From the NCBI GenBank assembly GCA_965237415.1, contig CBDEFM010000002.1, positions 640,001-704,000 of the forward strand: 64,000 bases of DNA, written 5' to 3'. The DNA comes from Alphaproteobacteria bacterium. Lineage in GTDB: Bacteria > Pseudomonadota > Alphaproteobacteria > UBA828. The notes beneath the pieces are model-generated. The model searched no databases. It saw only the letters and a list, made by a program, of their open reading frames with translations, and was not told the origin of the DNA. Every line of letters starts with the position of its first letter. Within the stretch, counting starts at the first letter, position 1. Of this stretch, positions 8,931 through 18,836 are shown in pieces. Position numbers and translations under genes: made by a program.

Positions 8931-10610
8931 ATGAGCGCCGGCGACGACTTCATCCGGGCGGTGGTCCGCGCCGACCTCGCGGCCGGACGGCATGACGAGG
9001 TGGTCACGCGCTTCCCGCCCGAGCCCAACGGCTATCTGCACATCGGGCACGCCAAGTCGATCTGTCTCAACTTCGGCGTGCCGCAGGAGTTCGGCGGGCG
9101 CTGCCACATGCGCTTCGACGACACCAACCCCACCAAGGAGGAGCACGAGTTCATCGAGGCGATCCAGCAAGACGTGCGCTGGCTCGGCTTCGACTGGGGC
9201 AAACACCTCTATTTCGCCTCCGACCACTTCGAGCGCCTCTACGACTGGGCCGAGCACCTGATTCAAGCCGGCGACGCCTACGTGGACGACCTCTCGGCGG
9301 ACGAGATCCGCGCCCACCGCGGCACACTGACCGAGCCAGGCCGCGACAGCCCCTACCGGACCCGCCCGGCTGCGGAGAGCCTCGACCTCTTCCGGCGCAT
9401 GCGTGCCGGCGAGTTCCCCGAAGGCGCGCGGGTGCTCCGGGCGAAGATCGACATGGCGTCGCCCAACATCAACATGCGCGACCCGGTGCTCTACCGCATC
9501 CTCCACGCCGCCCATCCGCGCACTGGGGAGGACTGGTGCATCTACCCCACCTACGACTTCGCCCACGGGCAGTCGGACGCGATCGAGGGCGTGACGCACT
9601 CGCTCTGCACCCTGGAGTTCGAGGACCACCGCCCGCTTTACGACTGGCTGATCGAGCGGCTGCCGGTGCCGATGGTCCCCCGGCAGTACGAGTTTTCGCG
9701 CCTCAACTTGAGCCACACGGTGCTCTCCAAGCGCCGCCTCACGCAGCTCGTGGAAGAGGGCAGGGTGGAGGGCTGGGACGACCCCCGGATGCCGACGATA
9801 TGCGGGCTGCGCCGGCGCGGCGTGCCGGCCGCGGCGATCCGCGACTTCGTGGGCATGCTCGCCATCTCCAAGACCAGCGACAACCTGGTGGAAGCGGCGA
9901 TGCTCGACCATGCGGTGCGCGAGCGGCTGAACAAGACCGCGCCGCGCCGTTTCGGGGTGCTGCGCCCGTTGAAGCTCACGATCGAGAACTACCCCGCGGG
10001 CGAGAGCGAGTTCGTCGACGCCCTCAACAACCCCGAGGATCCGGACTCCGGCACCCGATCAATCCCCTTCGGCCGCACTCTCTACGTCGAAGCGGACGAT
10101 TTCTTGGAGGATCCGCCCAAGAAATTCTTCCGGCTTGCGCCGGGCCGCGAGGCGCGGCTGCGCTACGCCTACCTCGTGACCTGCCGGGAGGCGGTGAAGG
10201 ACTCGTCCGGCGCCGTCACCGAGCTCCGCTGCACCTACGACCCCGCTACCCGGGGCGGCCAGGCGCCCGACGGGCGCAAGGTGAGAGGGGCATTGCACTG
10301 GGTCTCTGCGGCGGATTCGGTCGCGGCCGAGGTGCGGCTCTACGAGTCCCTCTTTACGAAGCCGATTCCGGGTTCGGACGGCGGTGCGCTCTGGGACGAC
10401 CTCAATCCAGAGTCCCGCACCGTGCTGACCGGCTGCCGCCTCGAGCCGAGCCTCGCCGACACGCCACCTGGCGAGACGGTGCAGTTCGAGCGGCAGGGCT
10501 ATTTCTGCCCCGATCCGGTTTCCACGCCCGAGCGGCCCGTCTTTAACCGCACCGTCGGCCTGCGCGATTCCTGGGCGCGGCAACAGGCTCGAGCAGGGCG
10601 CCAGGGCTAA
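8931..10610 (+). CDS. glnS: Glutamine--tRNA ligase
   Basis: [85 protein letters not shown]. Confidence 0.96.
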   Translation: MSAGDDFIRAVVRADLAAGRHDEVVTRFPPEPNGYLHIGHAKSICLNFGVPQEFGGRCHMRFDDTNPTKEEHEFIEAIQQDVRWLGFDWGKHLYFASDHFERLYDWAEHLIQAGDAYVDDLSADEIRAHRGTLTEPGRDSPYRTRPAAESLDLFRRMRAGEFPEGARVLRAKIDMASPNINMRDPVLYRILHAAHPRTGEDWCIYPTYDFAHGQSDAIEGVTHSLCTLEFEDHRPLYDWLIERLPVPMVPRQYEFSRLNLSHTVLSKRRLTQLVEEGRVEGWDDPRMPTICGLRRRGVPAAAIRDFVGMLAISKTSDNLVEAAMLDHAVRERLNKTAPRRFGVLRPLKLTIENYPAGESEFVDALNNPEDPDSGTRSIPFGRTLYVEADDFLEDPPKKFFRLAPGREARLRYAYLVTCREAVKDSSGAVTELRCTYDPATRGGQAPDGRKVRGALHWVSAADSVAAEVRLYESLFTKPIPGSDGGALWDDLNPESRTVLTGCRLEPSLADTPPGETVQFERQGYFCPDPVSTPERPVFNRTVGLRDSWARQQARAGRQG

Positions 10611-10685
10611 GCCGCGTTTCTCGCCGGGGCCGCTGCCTGCGTCGCGCGGGGCACGCGGTGCGGGCGTGCGCGATACCATATGCCG

Positions 10686-10792
10686 CGCGCACGACCCTGC
10701 GGGCGTGCGAGACTATTCTCTCGCGCGCGAGACCTTTCAGGCTCGCGCGACCTCGGACCATGGTGCGCTGCACGGCGTTCGCCGCTTGCGCC
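10686..10792 (-). repeat. Dispersed non-coding repeat, copy A
   Basis: Reverse complement reads ggcgcaagcg..cgccgtgcagcgcaccatggtccg..cgcgcgagcctgaaaggtctcgcgcg..acgcccgcagggtcgtgcgcgc, matching 27621-27695 and 28649-28736. Confidence 0.85.
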
Positions 10793-10854
10793 AGTATCGC
10801 GACATGCAGCGCAAGAGCACACGGGCTGCGGCAGTCAAGGGCAAAAAATCCGGA

Positions 10855-12120
10855 TTAAGACGGAGGAAGCACGTCCTCGGGCGAGTGGGTGAGGGCGACG
10901 GCGCCGAAGAGTTGTGCGGTCGCGGCCGGGTCCGGCTGGATCGCACGGTAGAACGCCGCAAGCGTCTCGGTCGGCTTGGCGAAGCGGGCGAGCTGAGCGG
11001 TGAAACGGTAGTAGGGCAGCAGCCAGTCGTCGCGCGCCCTCCGGTAGTCGGCGAGCGCCTCGTCGAGCGGGCGTCGGCCGCTGAGACCGTCGTCGGCGGC
11101 CTCGGCTACCATCTCGGCGCAGCGGAACGCGGTCGAGATGCCCTGCGCGGTGACCGGGTCCTTCTTCATCCCCGCATCGCCCACCAGCGCCCAGCCGGGG
11201 CCCATTGCCTCGCGCACGAAGGCTCGCGTGCAGCCGCCGTGGAAGCCCTCCGCCCGCTTGGCATCAGGCAACATTGCGCGGAGGTCGGGGGCGACCTCCT
11301 CGACTCGCGCCAGGAACGCCGACTCCCGGTCGCGCCGGGCGGCCACGAACTCATGGTGCATCAGGTTGGCGGCGACCAGGACGGTGCCGTCGCTCGCGGG
11401 AAAGGCGAAGGCGCCTTTGCGCTCACGGATGTAGAGCCGGACATGGTCGAGCGCGATGCCCTCCCAATAGCTCCATATGTTGCTCTGCACGATGGGCTCG
11501 CACAGGGATTCTCGGGCGCCGGCACAGCGCGCGACGACCGAGTTCGGCCCGTCCGCGCCGATCACGAGGCGGGCCCGTTCGACATGCCGCGCGCCGTTCT
11601 GGCCCGCGGCAACGATGCCGGCGACCCTGCCGCTATCCTCAACCAGATCGACGACGCGCACGCCGTCACGAAACTCCGCGCCGGCAGCTACCGCCGCCTC
11701 GGCGAGCACACCGTCGAGCAAGTGCCGGCGGGGCCCGTAGGACTCGTTGCGGCCATTCACCGCCGGCGGCGGACCGCTCAACACGGTGCCGTGCAGGTCG
11801 ACCCGCCAGTCGGTAAAGGGCTCGGCGCGCGCGGCGATCTGCGGCAAGACTCCCCAATCGCGCAGATGGGCGACACCGAGCGGATGGATCAGGTGCGTCG
11901 ATTGCCCCATGTCGCTGGGGAAGCGGTCGCGGTCGAGAAGCAGCACACGGTGGTCCTTGCGTGCCAGCAGCATGGCCGTGGGCGCGCCGGCGCAGCGGGC
12001 ACCGACGACGATCGCGTCGTAGATTGCGCGCCTCCCCGGGGCGTCAACCCCGCTGGATCGGTGTGACCCAGCCGATGAATGCGCCGGCGCTGTCTTTGAC
12101 CACGGCGAAGCGGCCGGCAT
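10855..12120 (-). CDS. FAD/NAD(P)-dependent oxidoreductase (geranylgeranyl-reductase/halogenase-like); start codon uncertain
   Basis: YDAIVVGARCAGAPTA, FPSD..STH, IGADG..S.VA, GWALVGDAG..KDP.TAQG. Confidence 0.82.
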   Translation of the reverse strand: MPAASPWSKTAPAHSSAGSHRSSGVDAPGRRAIYDAIVVGARCAGAPTAMLLARKDHRVLLLDRDRFPSDMGQSTHLIHPLGVAHLRDWGVLPQIAARAEPFTDWRVDLHGTVLSGPPPAVNGRNESYGPRRHLLDGVLAEAAVAAGAEFRDGVRVVDLVEDSGRVAGIVAAGQNGARHVERARLVIGADGPNSVVARCAGARESLCEPIVQSNIWSYWEGIALDHVRLYIRERKGAFAFPASDGTVLVAANLMHHEFVAARRDRESAFLARVEEVAPDLRAMLPDAKRAEGFHGGCTRAFVREAMGPGWALVGDAGMKKDPVTAQGISTAFRCAEMVAEAADDGLSGRRPLDEALADYRRARDDWLLPYYRFTAQLARFAKPTETLAAFYRAIQPDPAATAQLFGAVALTHSPEDVLPPS

Positions 12121-12436
12121 CCGGCACGTCGAAGGCCGGGCGGCAGACCTCGCCGCCTGCCTCCGCGACGCCTGCGAGCCGGGCGTCGATATCGTCCACC
12201 GTGATGTAGGAGAACCAATGGTCCGGCACGCCGTCGAAGCCCGTGCCCGGCTTCATCTCGAAGATGCCGGCGGCCATGGCGTCCCCGGCCTTGCAGAGCG
12301 TGTAGGTGCCACCGTCGGCCATCGGGTGCGACTCAAATTGCCAGCCCAGGGTCTCCTGGTAGAACGCCTTGGCCTTGTCGACGCTCCAGGTCATCAGCTC
12401 GTTCCAGAAGAATGTGCCGTGCGGCGTCATCGGCAT
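12044..12436 (-). CDS. VOC (glyoxalase/bleomycin resistance) family protein
   Basis: HGTFFWNEL...AKAFY...GW, W..Y..VDD.D, GRFAVVKD..GA. Confidence 0.88.
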   Translation of the reverse strand: MPMTPHGTFFWNELMTWSVDKAKAFYQETLGWQFESHPMADGGTYTLCKAGDAMAAGIFEMKPGTGFDGVPDHWFSYITVDDIDARLAGVAEAGGEVCRPAFDVPDAGRFAVVKDSAGAFIGWVTPIQRG

Positions 12437-12511
12437 TGCTTACGCCCTCCATCACTCATGCTTCCGGAGTACCGCCCGGCGACGCTCGCTCTTCGCGACG
12501 CCCGCGTGGGA

Positions 12512-13924
12512 TTATAGGCTCGGAGCCCGCGTGTGCCAGTCGGTCGCGCCCTGATAGGCGTGGCCGAGGCGGAAGAGCGTCGCCTCCGAGAAGGGGCGCC
12601 CCATCAGCTGAAAGGCGCTGGGCAGACCGCTCTCGGTAAAGCCGCAGGGCACGATCAGTGCGGGACCGCCGAGATAGTTGGCGGCGCGGGTGCACCAGCT
12701 CAGGCCGGCGACCATGCTCGCCATGCGCTCGCCCCCACCCACGTTCGTCTCTTCCCGCGTCGGTATGGGGAAGGGGATGCCCGGTGTGTGCAGGGCGTCG
12801 ACGTTGCTGAGCGTAGTATCCACGAATTCCCGTAGCAGCCCGGCGCGGGCGGCGAGGGCTTGGATGTACTTCACCGCCGGCACATGAAGGCCGGGCTCGT
12901 AACGGTTGCGCACCTGAGCCTGATAGTCGTCGGGCCGGTTTGCGATCCAGGGCTCGTGGATCGACGACGCCTCGCACGAGAGGATGATGTTGGAGAGGTG
13001 GTTGATGCGCTCGATGTCGGGCACCGCGACCTCGACGACCTTGGCACCAGCGGCGCGGAAGACGTCGAGGCTCTGTTCCATCAGCGTGCGCACTTCGTCG
13101 GTGGCGAGGTCGTAAAAGTAATCCGTCGGCACGCCGATCCTGAGGCCCTCGGCACCCTCGGTCAGCGCCGCCTCGTAGTCGGGCACGGGGCGCTCGCTGG
13201 AGGTCGGGTCGTGCGGGTCATGGCCGGCGATCGCACTCAAGATCCGCGCGGCATCGCGCACGGTCCGGGTGAGCGGGCCAACCGTGTCCAGCGTGTGGGA
13301 GAGCGGCATAATCCCGTAGCGGCTGACCAAGCCGGCGGTCGTCTTGAGACCGACCACACCATTGCAGGTCGACGGCAGCCGCACCGAGCCGCCGGTATCG
13401 GAGCCAAGCGCGCCGTAAACCACCCGGCCCGCGACCGACGCGCCGGAACCGCTCGACGAGCCGCCGGAGATGTGCGCTGGGTTCCACGGGTTGCGGCTGT
13501 CGCCCCAATGCTCGTTGTGGCCGGTCGGGCCGGTGGCGAACTCCGCCATGTTGAGCCCGCCGAGATAGATCGCTCCGGCTCCATGAAGGCGGGCGAGGGC
13601 GGTGCTGTCGTGGTCCGGCACGAAGTCCTTGCGGATGCGCGAGCCGCAGGTGGTGACGTGGCCCGCACGGTAGAACATGTCCTTATGGGCGAGCGGCACG
13701 CCGTGCAAAGGGCCTGGCGCATCGCCGCGTGCGAGCGCGGCATCGGCCGCCGCGGCGCTTTCCAGCGCCGCCTCCGCCTGCAGGGAAATGAAGCAGTTGA
13801 GGACCGGCTGAAGCCGCTCGGCGCGGGCGACGGTGGCGGTCATCACCTCGACCGCGGAGAGCTGCCGCGCGGCAATCGCGTCGGCCAGTTCGACCAGGCT
13901 CAGAAGGTGGATGTCGTCGCTCAT
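12512..13924 (-). CDS. Amidase signature family enzyme (AtzE/GatA-like)
   Basis: [31 protein letters not shown] (Lys-cisSer-Ser triad). Confidence 0.92.
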   Translation of the reverse strand: MSDDIHLLSLVELADAIAARQLSAVEVMTATVARAERLQPVLNCFISLQAEAALESAAAADAALARGDAPGPLHGVPLAHKDMFYRAGHVTTCGSRIRKDFVPDHDSTALARLHGAGAIYLGGLNMAEFATGPTGHNEHWGDSRNPWNPAHISGGSSSGSGASVAGRVVYGALGSDTGGSVRLPSTCNGVVGLKTTAGLVSRYGIMPLSHTLDTVGPLTRTVRDAARILSAIAGHDPHDPTSSERPVPDYEAALTEGAEGLRIGVPTDYFYDLATDEVRTLMEQSLDVFRAAGAKVVEVAVPDIERINHLSNIILSCEASSIHEPWIANRPDDYQAQVRNRYEPGLHVPAVKYIQALAARAGLLREFVDTTLSNVDALHTPGIPFPIPTREETNVGGGERMASMVAGLSWCTRAANYLGGPALIVPCGFTESGLPSAFQLMGRPFSEATLFRLGHAYQGATDWHTRAPSL

Positions 13925-13925
13925 A

Positions 13926-14126
13926 TCAGCGCGCCGCGGCCTCATCCATGGCGAACAGGATGTGCGCGGGTTCGGATTCAAAATTGAGATCGGCTGCCGC
14001 TTCGTCCGCCGCTTGCACCATCAGTTCGACCGCCTCGGCGAGGGCCTCGGCCCTCTCATCGGTGGGCGGCCGTCGGCCTGCCGCCACGGCCTGGGCGGCG
14101 ATAAGATCCTTTGTAATCCCGGCCAT
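13926..14126 (-). CDS. Small (66 aa) acidic helical protein, probable GatC/AtzG-like amidase partner
   Basis: MAGITKDLIAAQAVAAGRR...LNFESEPAH; stop lies 1 nt before the amidase ATG. Confidence 0.6.
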   Translation of the reverse strand: MAGITKDLIAAQAVAAGRRPPTDERAEALAEAVELMVQAADEAAADLNFESEPAHILFAMDEAAAR

Positions 14127-14255
14127 TCGGGGCACTCCGGCGGCGCGGCGGTGGCGGACGGCCCTGTATACAGCACTCGGGCAGGGGTGCAATATGGGTA
14201 GGCGTAACCATATGGCCGGTGAGATCAGGAGAGCCCGCATCGAACCGGGAGCGCG

Positions 14256-15668
14256 ATGATGGAGCCTGCGGCGGCCGATCGCGACCGCACACGCCTGTTG
14301 GCGGAAGAGATGTCCGGCCTTGCCTACGAGGCGCTCGCGCCCGAGGACGTGGAGCAGGTCAAGCGTCTGCTATTGGACCACGTCGGCGTCGCCTGGCGTG
14401 GCTCGGACATGCCCTGGTCCCGGGCACTGGCCAGCTGGGCAGCGACGCTCACCAACGGCAATGGCAACGGTAGCGGGAGCGCGATCGTCGGCACGACCGT
14501 GCACGCGGCGCCGAGCATCGCGGCCCTTGTCAATGCCGCCGCCGCCCACGGAATGGAACTTGACGACACCCACGACGAATCGTTGAGCCATCCCGGCGCT
14601 CCGGTCATCGCCACGGCGCTCGCCGTGGGCACCGCTACCGGGGCCACCGGCGAAGCGGTGATCGCGGCGATCGTCGCCGGTTACGAGGTGATGGCGCGGG
14701 CCGGCATGGCAGCAGGCGCGGCGGACATCATCGCGCACGGCTTTCACCCGACGGCGCTCTTCGGTGGCTTCGGTGCGGCAACCGCCGCGGCCAAGCTCTA
14801 CGGACTGGATGCGGCCGGGATGGCGCAGGCGTGGGGACTGGTGTTGTCGGCTGCAGGAGGCTCAATGCAGTTCTCGCAGGACGCGAGCGGGACCACGGTC
14901 AAGCGGCTTCACGCCGGCTATGGCGCGCAGCACGGCACGATGGCCGCCGAGCACGCCCGGCTCGGCATCGCCGGTCCGGCGCAGGCCTTCGATGGCCGCT
15001 ATGGCCTCTGTGCGCTGTTCGGCCTCAATCCGCAGCCCGAGCGCCTGGAGCGTGAGGCCGGAGCGCCGTTCCAGATCCACCGCATCAGCCTGAAGCCCTA
15101 CCCCTGTTGCCGGTTGTTCCATTCGACCATCGATGCGCTGCGCGACGTGACGGAGGACTTCACCACGCCGCAGGATGCTATCGCCGGGATCAAGGTCGGC
15201 GGGCCGGAGATCATGGTAACCCAGCACATGCTGCGCCGGCCGCAATCGGTCATGGCCGCCCAGTACAGCCTGCCCTTCGCGCTGGGCGCGAGCATTGTTT
15301 GTGGCCCAAGCCGCTACGAGGGCTATGAGGAGGAGAGGCTCGCCGATCCGCGCATCCTCTCGCTCGCCGACCGTGTCGATGCGGTTGCCGACGACGCGAT
15401 GCAGGCGGCGTTCCCGGCTCATTTCGGCAGTTGGGTCGAGCTTGCCTCACCCGACGGCAAGCGCCGCCGCATCGAGGTATTGGACAGCCTTGGGACCCCC
15501 GCGCGCCCCCTGGCGGCTGATGCGATCGCCGACAAGATCGGGGGGCTCTTGGCCTCAATGGACGATGCGCCGGAGGTTGCCGATCTCGTCGATGCGGCAT
15601 GGTCTCTCGATGAACGGGGCGGTCTTACCCGCCTCACCGCGCTGCTTTGCGCTCGGGCGAACGCCTGA
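14256..15668 (+). CDS. MmgE/PrpD family protein
   Basis: AALVN...HGMELDDTH...HPG, GFHPT, KRLHAG, LKPYPCC...H, AQYSLPF. Confidence 0.92.
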   Translation: MMEPAAADRDRTRLLAEEMSGLAYEALAPEDVEQVKRLLLDHVGVAWRGSDMPWSRALASWAATLTNGNGNGSGSAIVGTTVHAAPSIAALVNAAAAHGMELDDTHDESLSHPGAPVIATALAVGTATGATGEAVIAAIVAGYEVMARAGMAAGAADIIAHGFHPTALFGGFGAATAAAKLYGLDAAGMAQAWGLVLSAAGGSMQFSQDASGTTVKRLHAGYGAQHGTMAAEHARLGIAGPAQAFDGRYGLCALFGLNPQPERLEREAGAPFQIHRISLKPYPCCRLFHSTIDALRDVTEDFTTPQDAIAGIKVGGPEIMVTQHMLRRPQSVMAAQYSLPFALGASIVCGPSRYEGYEEERLADPRILSLADRVDAVADDAMQAAFPAHFGSWVELASPDGKRRRIEVLDSLGTPARPLAADAIADKIGGLLASMDDAPEVADLVDAAWSLDERGGLTRLTALLCARANA

Positions 15669-15720
15669 ATCCGACGAATCGAGTATCGGACGGGCAGACA
15701 CGGCAGGAAGGCAGATAACG

Positions 15721-16128
15721 ATGGCTAATAGCGAACCCAAGGAGGTTGTCCGGCAGTTCTTGGCCGCCATCAAGGGCGGCGATGGCCAGACCATGATGAG
15801 TTTGCTGGCCGAAGACGCGGTGGTCGTCCTGCCGGGCTCGTTCAAGGTTGCCTGGGCCGGCCGCTGGCAGGGACGGGAGCCAATCAAGCAGTGCTTCCAC
15901 GCAATCGGAGCACTGCTCGACATCCGTGACCACACGGTGCAGCTGATGTTCGGCGAGGGCGAGCACGTGATAGTGCTGATCGACGAGACATCGGCCGCCA
16001 AGAACACCGGCCGTCTCCTCCACCAGGAGACGGCCTGGTATTTCCGTATCGAGGACGGGGCCATTGCTCATTGGCAGGCATTCGAGGACACCGAACAAAT
16101 CGCATGGGTGTGGGACGAGGGTGGATGA
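15721..16128 (+). CDS. NTF2-like / SnoaL-like protein
   Basis: EVVRQF..AI..GD.....LLAEDA, WAG.W.GRE, FRIEDG.I...FEDT. Confidence 0.78.
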   Translation: MANSEPKEVVRQFLAAIKGGDGQTMMSLLAEDAVVVLPGSFKVAWAGRWQGREPIKQCFHAIGALLDIRDHTVQLMFGEGEHVIVLIDETSAAKNTGRLLHQETAWYFRIEDGAIAHWQAFEDTEQIAWVWDEGG

Positions 16129-16173
16129 TCGGCTGCCCGCCCGCAGAAAGCGCAAGAAGAGGAAGAAGACAGA

Positions 16174-16533
16174 ATGAGCGAGCCCCCGGCCGACGCGCCC
16201 GGCCAGATCACGCTGGCCCGAGCCGTGGCGGCCCTCGCCGAGACTCCCGCGGGCGGCAGGCCCTACGCCGAGCTGATCGCTCGAGGGACTCTCCGGGTCG
16301 GTCTCTACGCGCCACGCGGTTCGGACACTCAGCAGCCTCACGATCAGGACGAGGTCTATGTGGTCATGAGCGGCCGGGGAACCTTTCGCAATGGCCCGGT
16401 GAGCCACCCCTTTCAGCCGGGCGACGTGCTGTTCGTGCCTGCCGGCGTCCGGCACGTCTTCGAAGACTTCAGCGACGATCTGTACGTTTGGGTCGTGTTC
16501 TACGGTCCGCCGGGTGGTGAGGCGGCAAGCTGA
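16174..16533 (+). CDS. Cupin domain protein
   Basis: YAPRGSD.QQPH.QDE.YVV.SG.G, PGDVLFVPAG..H.FE.FS.D..VWV.FYGP. Confidence 0.85.
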   Translation: MSEPPADAPGQITLARAVAALAETPAGGRPYAELIARGTLRVGLYAPRGSDTQQPHDQDEVYVVMSGRGTFRNGPVSHPFQPGDVLFVPAGVRHVFEDFSDDLYVWVVFYGPPGGEAAS

Positions 16534-16571
16534 GCCTGCTCATGGCTCGGCGGATAATGCAGTGAGAGGCG

Positions 16572-18836
16572 ATGACTGACGAAGCGCTCATCGGAACGGA
16601 GGCCGCCGGCAGGGAGGGGCCTCGTTCGACGGGAAGCGCCCTTCGCCAGCGCTTCGCGTCGTGGGCGCGACGACGCGACCTGCCGCGTTGGCTCGCCATC
16701 TGTCTTGCCTGCGCCGCAGTGACCTCAGGCGCGATCACCTACGCCACAATGAGCGGCTCGGCACCGTTTCCACCCGATCCGCAGACCATCCTGATTCTGC
16801 TCAACGTCGACCTCGTGCTACTGCTCTCGCTCGGAGCGCTGGTCGCTTCGCAACTGGTAAAGCTCTTGATCGAGCGCCGCCGCGGGGCGGCCGGTGCTCG
16901 TCTTCACACGCGGATGGCGGCACTCTTCAGTCTTGTCGCCTTGACGCCGACTATTGTCGTTGCCGTGTTCTCGGCGCTTTTTCTCCATTTCGGGATGCAG
17001 TCCTGGTTCAGCGAGAAGGTCTCGAGCGCAATCAATCGATCGCAGGTCGTCGCGCATACTTACGTGCAGGAACAAGGCAACAACATTCGAATCAGCACTC
17101 TGGCGGCGGCCATGGAGCTTAACGGCCAGGCCGTTCACCTCGTGCGCAGGCCACAACTTATGCCCCGACTGTTGAACCAGACCGCCGCCGCACTCTCGCT
17201 CACCGAAGCGGTGATGTTTCGCCGCAACGGGGATATCTTGGCGCGCAACGACCTGGCCTTCGCCGCGGAATTCGAGCCCGTGCCCGAATGGGCCATCAAC
17301 TCGGCGACCGAAGGGAGGCTCGTGATCCTGCCGGGCGATGGCGACCGTATGCGGGCGTTGATAAAGCTCGCTGGCTTCGTCGACGTTTATCTTTATGTGG
17401 TGCGGGCCCTGCAACCGGAGGTGGTCGATCATACGCGCCAAATCCAGGCAGTCATTAGGGATTATCAACGCCTCGAGGACGAGCGATACGGCATCCAAAT
17501 CACCTTCGTGATCATCTTCATCTTGGTCGCCCTGCTGGTCCTGCTCTCGGCGGTGTGGCTCGGACTCCAATTCGCCAACCGCATCGCCCACCCGATCAGA
17601 GCACTTATCGCCGCTGCCGACCGCGTCCGCGCCGGCGAACTGGAGGCGCGGGTCGCTGAGCCCCCGCAGGATGACGAAATCGGTTCGCTCAGCCGGGCCT
17701 TTAATCGCATGACCGGCCAGATCCACACCCAGCAGCAGGCTTTGCAGGATGCCAACCTCGAGCTCGACGAGCGGCGGCGCTTCACCGAAGCGGTACTCGC
17801 TGGCGTCTCCGCTGGAGTCATCGGGCTGGATGCGGACGGGCGGATTACGCTACCCAACCCTTCAGCGCTCGCGCTGCTCGACGTGAGCAGGAACGCCCTC
17901 ACGGGCCGTGCGCTGGAGGACGCCATCCCCGAAATGGCCGACCTGCTGGCCCGGGCCCGTGATCGATCGCAGCCGCTTGCAGAGGATCAGGTCGAGCTGG
18001 TTCGCGGCGAGCACCGCCGCACTCTGCTCGTCCGTATCGTGACCGAGCGGGCCGGCCACCGGATCGACGGCTTTGTCGTGACTTTCGATGACATCACCGC
18101 GCTGCTATCGGCGCAGCGGCGGGCGGCCTGGGCCGACGTCGCGCAACGCATTGCCCACGAAATCAAGAACCCACTGACGCCGATCAAGCTTTCCGCCCAA
18201 CGGCTCAAACGCAAGTATCTCAACGAAATCAGTACTCAGCCCGACGTATTCGAAGACTGCACCGACATCATCGTCCGCCAAGTCGGCGACATTCGCCAGA
18301 TGATCGATGCATTCTCTTCCTTCGCGCGCATGCCGGCACCTGTGGTGGAACGGGCCGATTTGATCGGCGTTGTCGAGCGTGCAGTCGTTCTGCACCGGCT
18401 GGCGAGCCCGGGAATCGCCTTCGAGATCGAGCGGCCCGACGACGACGTTTATCTCGACTTCGACGCCCGACAGATCGGCCGGGCGCTCACCAATGTGCTG
18501 AAGAACGCCATCGAAGCAATCGAGAGTCGGGCTCCCGACGCCACGCCGGTCGGACGCATCGTTATCCGCGTGCGCGAGGACGACGGCCATTGGCGGGTTG
18601 AGGTCGAAGACAACGGGCCGGGCCTGCCCGACTCGTTGCGCGGCAGGTTGACGGAGCCCTACGTCACGAACCGCGCGGGCGGCACGGGGCTCGGCCTCGC
18701 CATCGTACGAAGGATTATGGAAGATCACGGCGGCCGCCTGGTCCTCGAGAACGGAACCGAAGGCGGCGCGCGCGTCACGCTCGTCTTCGTCGCGACCGGG
18801 ACGGAGCGTGCCACGCCTGCGGACGGTGAAACCTGA
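16572..18836 (+). CDS. ntrY: Sensor histidine kinase NtrY
   Basis: TM segments, HAMP (DEIGSLSRAFNRMT), PAS, AWADVAQRIAHEIKNPLTPI, TEPYVT...GTGLGL; precedes ntrX. Confidence 0.92.
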   Translation: MTDEALIGTEAAGREGPRSTGSALRQRFASWARRRDLPRWLAICLACAAVTSGAITYATMSGSAPFPPDPQTILILLNVDLVLLLSLGALVASQLVKLLIERRRGAAGARLHTRMAALFSLVALTPTIVVAVFSALFLHFGMQSWFSEKVSSAINRSQVVAHTYVQEQGNNIRISTLAAAMELNGQAVHLVRRPQLMPRLLNQTAAALSLTEAVMFRRNGDILARNDLAFAAEFEPVPEWAINSATEGRLVILPGDGDRMRALIKLAGFVDVYLYVVRALQPEVVDHTRQIQAVIRDYQRLEDERYGIQITFVIIFILVALLVLLSAVWLGLQFANRIAHPIRALIAAADRVRAGELEARVAEPPQDDEIGSLSRAFNRMTGQIHTQQQALQDANLELDERRRFTEAVLAGVSAGVIGLDADGRITLPNPSALALLDVSRNALTGRALEDAIPEMADLLARARDRSQPLAEDQVELVRGEHRRTLLVRIVTERAGHRIDGFVVTFDDITALLSAQRRAAWADVAQRIAHEIKNPLTPIKLSAQRLKRKYLNEISTQPDVFEDCTDIIVRQVGDIRQMIDAFSSFARMPAPVVERADLIGVVERAVVLHRLASPGIAFEIERPDDDVYLDFDARQIGRALTNVLKNAIEAIESRAPDATPVGRIVIRVREDDGHWRVEVEDNGPGLPDSLRGRLTEPYVTNRAGGTGLGLAIVRRIMEDHGGRLVLENGTEGGARVTLVFVATGTERATPADGET

